DNA from: the human T2T-CHM13v2.0 reference genome, Homo sapiens
Direction: 5' to 3'
DNA length: 64,000 bases
Assembly: GCA_009914755.4 (NCBI GenBank)
Contig: CP086569.2
Coordinates: 12,064,001-12,128,000, forward strand
A program made the position numbers and the translations under genes. Positions 54,601 through 64,000 of the stretch are shown one piece after another (within the stretch, counting starts at the first letter, position 1; the number at the start of each line of letters is the position of its first letter). The notes under the pieces were generated by a model. It ran no database searches, was not told the DNA's origin, and saw only the letters and a program-made list of their open reading frames with translations.

Positions 54601-56990
54601 TGAATGGAAAGGAATGGACTCGAAAGAAATGGATTGGAATGGAATGGTCTCCAATGGAATGGACTGGAGTGGAATGGAATCGAATGGAAAGAAAAGAATG
54701 GAACGGAATGGAACGGAAAGGAATAGAATGTTATGGAATCCGATTGGACAGAATGGAATGGAATGCAGTTTCATGAAATGGAGTCGAATAGAGTGGCATG
54801 AAAAGGAATGGAATGGAGTGGACTCAAAAGGAATGGACTCGAAAGGAATGGAGTCGAACCAAATTGAATCAAATGGATTGGAGTCGAACAGAATGGAATG
54901 GAATGGAATGAACTCGACTGGAGTAGAGAGGAATGAAAAGGAATAGAATGGAATGTAATCAAATGGATTGCAAGTGAATGGAATCAAAAATAATAGAAAG
55001 GAATGGAGTGTAAAGGGATGATATTGAATTAAATGGAATGGTATGGAATTTAATGGAATGGAGTCGAAGGAATGGACAGGAATGTAATGGACTCCAATGG
55101 AATGGAATGGATCAAAATGGATTTGTACAGATTGGAATCGAACGGAATGGAATACAATGAAATGGAATGGATTCGATCAGAGCGGCCTGGAGAGGAATGT
55201 ACATAAATGGAATGGAAACGGAAGGAATGGAATGAAATGGAATGGAATGCAGTGGAATTGAAAGGAACGGAATCAAATGGAATGGAATGGAATGGAATGG
55301 AATGGAATGGATTGGAATAGAATGGATTCAAATAAAATAGAATCGATTGCAATGGTATTGAATGGAAGGGACTTGAATGGAATGGAAAGCAATGGAAGAT
55401 ATTGGAATCGAATGGAATCGAATGGAATGTAATCAAATGGAATGGAACGGAATTCAATATAATGGAGTAGAATGGAATGCATTGGAAAGGAACATAGTGG
55501 AATCGAGTGGATTGGAATCGAGTGGAATGGAATCAAAGGGAACGAAATCGAATTGAATGGACTTGAATGGAAGTGAGTCGAAAGGAATTGACTCGAAAGG
55601 AATGGACTGCAACAAAAAGGAATCAAATGGAGAGGAATGGAATGGAATGGACTCGAATGGAATGGAGTCAAATGCAAACGCATCCAATGGAATGGATTCA
55701 AATGGAATGCAATTGAATGGAATAGAAAGGAAGAGAATGGAATTGAGAGTAATGGAAAGATATCGATTGGAATGAAATGGAATGGAAAGGAATTGAATGG
55801 AAAGGAATGGACTCGAAAGAAATGGATTGGAATGGAATGGTCTCCAATGGAATGGACTGGAGTGGAATGCAATCGAATGGAAAGAAAAGAATGGAACGGA
55901 GAGGAATAGAATGTTATGGAATCCGATGGAACAGAATGGAATGGAATGCAGTTTCATGAAATGGAGTCGAATAGAGTGACATCAAAAGGAATGGAATGGA
56001 GTGGACTCAAAAGGAATGGAGTCGAAAGGAATGGAGTCGAACCAAATTGAATCAAATGGATTGGAGTCGAAAAGAATGGAAAGGAATGGAATGAACTCGA
56101 CTGGAGTAGAGAGGAATGAAAAGGAATAGAATGGAATGTTATCAAATGGATTGCAAGTGAATGGAATAAAAAATAATAGAAAGGAATGGAGTGTAAAGGG
56201 ATGATATTGAATTAAATGGAATGGAATGGAATTTAATGGAATGGAGTCGAAGGAATGGACAGGAATGTAATGGACTCCAATGGAATGGAATGGATCAAAA
56301 TGGATTTGAACAGATTGGAATGGAACGGAATGGAATGCAATGAAATGGAATGGACTCGATCAGAACGGACTGGAGAGGAATGTACACAAATGGAATGGAA
56401 ACGAATGGAATGGAATGAAATGGAATGGAATGCAATGGAATTGAAAGGAACGGAATCAAATGGAATGGAATGGAATGGAATGGATTGGAATAGAATGGAT
56501 TCAAATAAAATAGAATCGATTGCAATGGTATTGAATGGAAGGGACTTGAATGGAATGGAAAGCAATGGAAGATATTGGAATCGAATGGCATCGAATGAAA
56601 TGGAATGGAACGGAATGGAACGGACCCGAATGGAATGGAATGGACTCAAATGTAATGGACTCGAATGGAATAGAAGGAAATATAATAGACTCGAAAGGAA
56701 TGGCCTCGAGCGGAATTTATTTGAATAGAATGGAATCAAATGGAATACAATAGTATGGAATGGAATCGAATGGAATGGAATCGAATGGAATGTAATCAAA
56801 TGGAATGGAACGGAATTCAAAATAATGGAGTAGAATGGAATGCATTGGAAAGGAGCAGAGTGGAATCGAGTGTATTAGAATCGAGTGGAATGGAATCAAA
56901 GGGAACGAAATCCAATTGAATGGACTTGAATGCAATTTAGTCGAAAGGAATTGACTCAAAAGGAATGGACTGGAACAAAAAGGAATCAAA
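51661..56990 (+). repeat. Copy 2 of the ~5312-bp tandem duplication
   Basis: See copy 1. The right edge is near 57000 to 57060, where aaagggaatgcaattgaatggaatagaatgtaagag in copy 1 becomes tcaaatggaatgtaattgaatggaatagaaaggaagag. Confidence 0.8.
55072..56254 (+). repeat. Second truncated HOR copy (1183 bp) with the identical ~190-bp deletion
   Basis: It has the same junction at about 55403 to 55422. It lies exactly 5312 bp after the first truncated copy, so the deletion happened before the 5.3-kb duplication. Confidence 0.85.
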
Positions 56991-59900
56991 TGGACAGGAA
57001 TGGAATGGAATGGACTCGAATGGAATGGAGTCAAATGCAAACGCATCGAATGGAATGGATTCAAATGGAATGTAATTGAATGGAATAGAAAGGAAGAGAA
57101 TGGAATTGAGAGTAATGGAAAGATATCGATTGGAATGAAATGGAATGGAAAGGAATTGAATGGAAAGGAATGGACTCGAAAGAAATGGATTGGAATGGAA
57201 TGGTCTCCAATGGAATGGACTGGAGTGGAATGGAATCGAATGGAAAGAAAAGAATGGAACGGAATGGAACGGAAAGGAATAGAATGTTATGGAATCCGAT
57301 TGGACAGAATGGAATGGAATGCAGTTTCATGAAATGGAGTCGAATAGAGTGGCATCAAAAGGAATGGAATGGAGTGGACTCAAAATGAATGGAGTCGAAA
57401 GGAATGGAGTCGAACCAAATTGAATCAAATGGATTGGAGTCGAACAGAATGGAATGGAATGGAATGAACTCGACTGGAGTAGAGAGGAATGAAAAGGAAT
57501 AGAATGGAATGTAATCAAATGGATTGCAAGTGAATGGAATCAAAAATAATAGAAAGGAATGGAGTGTAAAGGGATGATATTGAATTAAATGGAATGGAAT
57601 GGAATTTAATGGAATGGAGTCGAAGGAATGGACAGGAATGTAATGGACTCCAATGGAATGGAATGGATCAAAATGGATTTGAACAGATTGGAATGGAACG
57701 GAATGGAATGCAATGAAATGGAATGGACTCGATCAGAACGGACTGGAGAGGAATGTACACTAATGGAATGGAAACGAATGGAATGGAATGAAATGGAATG
57801 GAATGCAATGGAATTGAAAGGAACGGAATCAAATGGAATGGAATGGAATGGATTGGAATAGAATGGATTCAAATAAAATAGAATCGATTGCAATGGTATT
57901 GAATGGAAGGGACTTGAATGGAATGGAAAGCAATGGAAGATATTGGAATCGAATGGCATCGAATGAAATGGAATGGAACGGAATGGAACGGACCCGAATG
58001 TAATGGAATGGACTCAAATGTAATGGACTCGAATGGAATCGACTGAAATATAATAGACTCGAAAGGATTGGCCTCGAGCGGAATTTATTTGAATAGAATG
58101 GAATGAAATGGAATACAATAGTATGGAATGGAATCGAATGGAATGGAATCGAATGGAATGTAATCAAATGGAATGGAACGGAATTCAATATAATGGAGTA
58201 GAATGGAATGCATTGGAAAGGAGCAGAGTGGAATCGAGTGGATTGGAATCGAGTGGAATGGAATCAAAGGGAACGAAATCGAATTGAATGGACTTGAATG
58301 GAATTGAGTCGAAAGGAATTGACTCGAAAGGCATGGACTGGAACAAAAAGGAATCAAATGGACAGGAATGGAATGGAATGGACTCGAATGGAATGGAGTC
58401 AAATGCAAACGCATCGAATGGAATGGATTCAAATGGAATACAATTGAATGGAATAGAAAGGAAGAGAATGGAATTGAGAGTAATGGAAAGATATCGATTG
58501 GAATGAAATGAAATGGAAAGGAATTGAATGGAAAGGAATGGACTCGAAAGAAATGGATTGGAATGGAACGGTCTCCAATGGAATGGACTGGAGTGGAATG
58601 GAATCGAATGGAAAGAAAAGAATGGAACGGAATGGAACGGAAAGGAATAGAATGTTATGGAATCCGATTGGACAGAATGGAATGGAATGCAGTTTCATGA
58701 AATGGAGTCGAATAGAGTGGCATCAAAAGGAATGGAATGGAGTGGACTCAAAAGGAATGGACTCGAAAGGAATGGAGTCGAACCAAATTGAATCAAATGG
58801 ATTGGAGTCGAACAGAATGGAATGGAATGGAATGAACTCGACTGGAGTAGAGAGGAATGAAAAGGAATAGAATGGAATGTAATCAAATGGATTGCAAGTG
58901 AATGGAATCAAAAATAATAGAAAGGAATGGAGTGTAAAGGGATGATATTGAATTAAATGGAATGGAATGGAATTTAATGGAATGGAGTCGAAGGAATGGA
59001 CAGGAATGTAATGGACTCCAATGGAATGGAATGGATCAAAATGGATTTGAACAGATTGGAATGGAACGGAATGGAATGCAATGAAATGGAATGGACTCCA
59101 TCAGAAAGGACTGGAGAGGAATGTACACAAATGGAATGGAAACGAATGGAATGGAATGAAATGGAATGGAATGCAATGGAATTGAAAGGAACGGAATCAA
59201 ATGGAATGGAATGGAATGGAATAGAATGGATTCAAATAAAATAGAATCGATTGCAATGGTATTGAATGGAAGGGACTTGAATGGAATGGAAAGCAATGGA
59301 AGATATTGGAATCGAATGGCATCGAATGAAATGGAATGGAACGGAATGGAACGGACCCGAATGGAATGGAATGGACTCAAATGTAATGGACTCGAATGGA
59401 ATCGAAGGAAATATAATAGACTCGAAAGGAATGGCCTCGAGCGGAATTTATTTGAATAGAATGGAATCAAATGGAATACAATAGTATGGAATGGAATCGA
59501 ATGGAATGGAATCGAATGGAATGTAATCAAATGGAATGGAACGGAATTCAAAATAATGGAGTAGAATGGAATGCATTGGAAAGGAGCAGAGTGGAATCGA
59601 GTGTATTGGAATCGAGTGGAATGGAATCAAAGGGAACGAAATCCAATTGAATGGACTTGAATGCAATTTAGTCGAAAGGAATTGACTCAAAAGGAATGGA
59701 CTGGAACAAAAAGGAATCAAATGGACAGGAATGGAATGGAATGGACTCGAATGGAATGGAGTCAAATGCAAACGCATCGAATGGAATGGATTCAAATGGA
59801 ATGTAATTGAATGGAATAGAAAGGAAGAGAATGGAATTGAGAGTAATGGAAAGATATCGATTGGAATGAAATGGAATGGAAAGGAATTGAATGGAAAGGA

Positions 59901-62900
59901 ATGGACTCGAAAGAAATGGATTGGAATGGAAGGGTCTCCAATGGAATGGACTGGAGTGGAATGGAATCGAATGGAAAGAAAAGAATGGAACGGAATGGAA
60001 CGGAAAGGAATAGAATGTTATGGAATCCGATTGAACAGAATGGAATGGAATGCAGTTTCATGAAATGGAGTCGAATAGAGTGGCATCAAAAGGAATGGAA
60101 TGGAGTGGACTCAAAATGAATGGAGTCGAAAGGAATGGAGTCGAACCAAATTGAATCAAATGGATTGGAGTCGAACAGAATGGAATGGAATGGAATGAAC
60201 TCGACTGGAGTAGAGAGGAATGAAAAGGAATAGAATGGAATGTAATCAAATGGATTGCAAGTGAATGGAATCAAAAATAATAGAAAGGAATGGAGTGTAA
60301 AGGGATGATATTGAATTAAATGGAATGGAATGGAATTTAATGGAATGGAGTCGAAGGAATGGACAGGAATGTAATGGACTCCAATGGAATGGAATGGATC
60401 AAAATGGATTTGAACAGATTGGAATGGAACGGAATGGAATGCAATGAAATGGAATGGACTCGATCAGAACGGACTGGAGAGAAATGTACACAAATGGAAT
60501 GGAAACGAATGGAATGGAATGAAATGGAATGGAATGCAATGGAATTGAAAGGAACGGAATCAAATGGAATGGAATGGAATGGATTGGAATAGAATGGATT
60601 CAAATAAAATAGAATCGATTGCAATGGTATTGAATGGAAGGGACTTGAATGGAATGGAAAGCAATGGAAGATATTGGAATCGAATGGCATCGAATGAAAT
60701 GGAATGGAACGGAATGGAACGGACCCGAATGTAATGGAATGGACTCAAATGTAATGGACTCGAATGGAATCGACTGAAATATAATAGACTCGAAAGGATT
60801 GGCCTCGAGCGGAATTTATTTGAATAGAATGGAATGAAATGGAATACAATAGTATGGAATGGAATCGAATGGAATGGAATCGAATGGAATGTAATCAAAT
60901 GGAATGGAACGGAATTCAATATAATGGAGTAGAATGGAATGCATTGGAAAGGAGCAGAGTGGAATCGAGTGGATTGGAATCGAGTGGAATGGAATCAAAG
61001 GGAACGAAATCGAATTGAATGGACTTGAATGGAATTGAGTCGAAAGGAATTGACTCGAAAGGCATGGACTGGAACAAAAAGGAATCAAATGGACAGGAAT
61101 GGAATGGAATGGACTCGAATGGAATGGAGTCAAATGCAAACGCATCGAATGGAATGGATTCAAATGGAATACAATTGAATGGAATAGAAAGGAAGAGAAT
61201 GGAATTGAGAGTAATGGAAAGATATCGATTGGAATGAAATGAAATGGAAAGGAATTGAATGGAAAGGAATGGACTCGAAAGAAATGGATTGGAATGGAAT
61301 GGTCTCCAATGGAATGGACTGGAGTGGAATGGAATCGAATGGAAAGAAAAGAATGGAACGGAATGGAACGGAAAGGAATAGAATGTTATGGAATCCGATT
61401 GGACAGAATGGAATGGAATTCAGTTTCATGAAATGGAGTCGAATAGAGTGGCATGAAAAGGAATGGAATGGAGTGGACTCAAAAGGAATGGACTCGAAAG
61501 GAATGGTGTCGAACCAAATTGAATCAAATGGATTGGAGTCGAACAGAATGGAATGGAGTGGAATGAACTCGACTGGAGTAGAGAGGAATGAAAAGGAATA
61601 GAATGGAATGTAATCAAATGGATTGCAAGTGAATGGAATCAAAAATAATAGAAAGGAATGGAGTGTAAAGGGATGATATTGAATTAAATGGAATGGAATG
61701 GAATTTAATGGAATGGAGTCGAAGGAATGGACAGGAATGTAATGGACTCCAATGGAATGGAATGGATCAAAATTGATTTGAACAGATTGGAATGGAACGG
61801 AATGGAATGCAATGAAATGGAATGGACTCGATCAGAACGGACTGGAGAGGAATGTACACAAATGGAATGGAAACGAATGGAATGGAATGAAATGGAATGG
61901 AATGCAATGGAATTGAAAGGAACGGAATCGAATGGAATGGAATGGATTGGAATAGAATGGATTCAAATAAAATAGAATCGATTGCAATGGTATTGAATGG
62001 AAGGGACTTGAATGGAATGGAAAGCAATGGAAGATATTGGAATCGAATGGCATCTAATGAAATGGAATGGAACGGAATGGAACGGACCCGAATGGAATGG
62101 AATGGACTCAAATGTAATGGACTCGAATGGAATCGACTGAAATATAATAGACTCGAAAGGATTGGCCTCGAGCGGAATTTATTTGAATAGAATGGAATGA
62201 AATGGAATACAATAGTATGGAATGGAATCGAATGGAATGGAATCGAATGGAATGTAATAAAATGGAATGGAACGGAATTCAATATAATGGAGTAGAATGG
62301 AATGCATTGGAAAGGAGCAGAGTGGAATCGAGTGTATTGGAATCGAGTGGAATGGAATCAAAGGGAAAGAAGTCGAATTGAATGGACTTGAATGGAATTG
62401 AGTCGAAAGGAATTGACTCGAAAGGCATGGACTGGAACAAAAATGAATCAAATGGACAGGAATGGAATGGAATGGACTCGAATGGAATGGAGTCAAATGC
62501 AAACGCATCGAAAGGAATGGATTCAGATGGAATGCAATTGAATGGAATAGAAAGGAAGAGAATGGAATTGAGAGTAATGGAAAGATATCGATTGGAATGA
62601 AATGAAATGGAAAGGAATTGAATGGAAAGGAATGGACTCGAAAGAAATGGATTGGAATGGAATGGTCTCCAATGGAATGGACTGGAGTGGAATGCAATCG
62701 AATGGAAAGAAAAGAATGGAACGGAATTGAACGGAAAGGAATAGAATGTTATGGAATCCGATTGAACAGAATGGAATGGAATGCAGTTTCATGAAATGGA
62801 GTCGAATAGAGTGGCATCAAAAGGAATGGAATGGAGTGGACTCAAAAGGAATGGAGTCGAAAGGAATGGAGTCGAACCAAATTGAATCAAATGGATTGGA

Positions 62901-63089
62901 GTCGAAAAGAATGGAAAGGGATGGAATGAACTCGACTGGAGTAGAGAGGAATGAAAAGGAATAGAATGGAATGTAATCAAATGGATTGCAAGTGAATGGA
63001 ATCAAAAATAATAGAAAGGAATGGAGTGTAAAGGGATGATATTGAATTAAATGGAATGGAATGGAATTTAATGGAATGGAGTCGAAGGA

Positions 63090-64000
63090 ATGGACAGGAA
63101 TGTAATGGACTCCAATGGAATGGAATGGATCAAAATGGATTTGAACAGATTGGAATCGAACGGAATGGAATGCAATGAAATGGAATGGACTCGATCAGAA
63201 CGGACTGGAGATTAATGTACACAAATGGAATGGAAACGAATGGAATGGAATGAAATGGAATGGAATGCAATGGAATTGAAAGGAACGGAATCAAATGGAA
63301 TGGAATGGAATGGAATGGATTGGAATAGAATGGATTCAAATAAAATAGAATCGATTGCAATGGTATTGAATGGAAGGGACTTGAATGGAATGGAAAGCAA
63401 TGGAAGATATTGGAATCGAATGGCATCGAATGAAATGGAATGGAACGGAATGGAACGGACTGGAATGGAATGGAATGGACTCAAATGTAATGGACTCGAA
63501 TGGAATCGACTGAAATATAATAGACTCGAAAGGAATGGCCTCGAGCGGAATTTATTTGAATAGAATGGAATCAAATGGAATACAATAGTATGGAATGGAA
63601 TCGAATGGAATGGAATCGAATGGAATGTAATCAAATGGAATGGAACGGAATTCAATATAATGGAGTAGAATGGAATGCATTGGAAAGGAGCAGAGTGGAA
63701 TCGAGTGGATTGGAATCGAGTGGAATGGAATCAAAGGGAACGAAATCGAATTGAATGGACTTGAATGGAATTGAGTCGAAAGGAATTGACTCAAAAGGAA
63801 TGGACTGGAACAAAAAGGAATCAAATGGACAGGAATGGAATGGAATGGACTCGAATGGAATGGAGTCAAATGCAAACGCATCGAATGGAATGGATTCAAA
63901 TGGAATGCAATTGAATGGAATAGAAAGGAAGAGAATGGAATTGAGAGTAATGGAAAGATATCGATTGGAATGAAATGGAATGGAAAGGAATTGAATGGAA
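63090..64000 (+). repeat. 5' part of an HOR copy that is cut off by the window end
   Basis: The landmark at 63090 starts a further copy that runs past the end of the window. Confidence 0.85.

Larger units (their letters stand above)
1..64000 (+). repeat. Satellite III-type (GGAAT)n pericentromeric satellite array in ~1.37-kb higher-order repeats. It fills the whole window and continues past both ends.
   Basis: Seen directly: the + strand is almost entirely ggaat-derived pentamers (ggaat, ggaac, gcaat, ggatt, cgaat, ggact, ggagt and similar), with C only about 5 to 6 percent. A single-copy landmark, atggacaggaatgtaatggactcc, recurs with start coordinates 200, 1573, 2946, 4319, 5722, 7095, 8468, 9840, 11218, 12596, 13969, 15342, 16705, 18088, 19461, 20834, 22232, 23610, 24988, 26361, 27734, 29112, 30490, 31868, 33266, 34634, 36021, 37394, 38761, 40144, 41507, 42885, 44258, 45631, 47009, 48387, 49760, 50943, 52321, 53699, 55072, 56255, 57628, 58996, 60359, 61727, 63090. 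I hand-checked only about 16 of these against the sequence (200, 5722, 8468, 9840, 16705, 22232, 23610, 31868, 37394, 38761, 40144, 41507, 47009, 49760, 63090); the rest are positions of the artefact MDRNVMDSNG ORFs in the supplied track or inferred by +22 offset from the paired minus-strand ORF ends, and at least two initial guesses were off by 10 to 13 bp before correction. Spacing is 1373 bp modally, range 1363 to 1403, with two 1183-bp copies. No alpha-satellite, Alu or L1 sequence, and no unique sequence, is visible. Established knowledge: (GGAAT)n with HinfI (gantc) and TaqI (tcga) periodicity is the definition of human Satellite III. Confidence 0.93.

Noticed and set aside
1-64000. Possible CRISPR array, given the regular direct repeats
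   Set aside because: The period is 5 bp and 1373 bp with no unique spacers, which is eukaryotic satellite architecture. No cas-like ORFs are present.
1-64000. CENP-B box (YTTCGTTGGAARCGGGA) or alpha-satellite monomers (171 bp)
   Set aside because: The box is not found in either orientation and there is no 171-bp periodicity. The array is HSat3-type, not alpha satellite.
1-64000. Canonical heat-shock elements (nGAAnnTTCn inverted arrays)
   Set aside because: The + strand has abundant GAA but essentially no TTC, so the GAA units are direct rather than inverted. GAATTC at the EcoRI sites lacks the 2-nt spacer. Functional HSF1 binding cannot be claimed from sequence.
1-64000. Interspersed transposable elements (Alu, L1, SVA), tRNA, rRNA or telomeric TTAGGG
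   Set aside because: None seen. I found no C-rich or non-pentameric island on reading through the window.

Overview
The whole 64-kb window is one uninterrupted tandem satellite array of the human/hominoid Satellite III (HSat3) type. No protein-coding system, RNA gene, CRISPR array or mobile element is present, and I found no non-satellite sequence anywhere in the window.

The + strand is the purine-rich (GGAAT)n strand and contains almost no C. Diverged GGAAT pentamers are organised into a higher-order repeat (HOR) with a modal length of 1373 bp. There are about 46 complete copies plus partial copies at both ends, so the array continues beyond the window. Most copy lengths differ from 1373 by multiples of 5 bp (1363 to 1403), because an internal pure GGAAT microtract gains or loses pentamers.

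Two copies are 1183 bp because of an identical homology-flanked deletion of about 190 bp. One copy carries a 30-bp tandem duplication. There is larger-scale structure on top of the HOR: an approximately 4-copy (~5.3 to 5.5 kb) super-periodicity, a very recent 5312-bp tandem duplication (about 46.35 to 51.67 kb and 51.67 to 57.0 kb), and a younger two-copy block (27.7 to 30.5 kb).

Every ORF in the six-frame track is a low-complexity artefact: GGAATGGAATGG reads as G-M-E-W-N and its complement ATTCCATTCC reads as I-P-F-H-S. I call none of them a CDS. The value of the window lies in the satellite's internal architecture and mutational dynamics. It is not an undescribed gene system.
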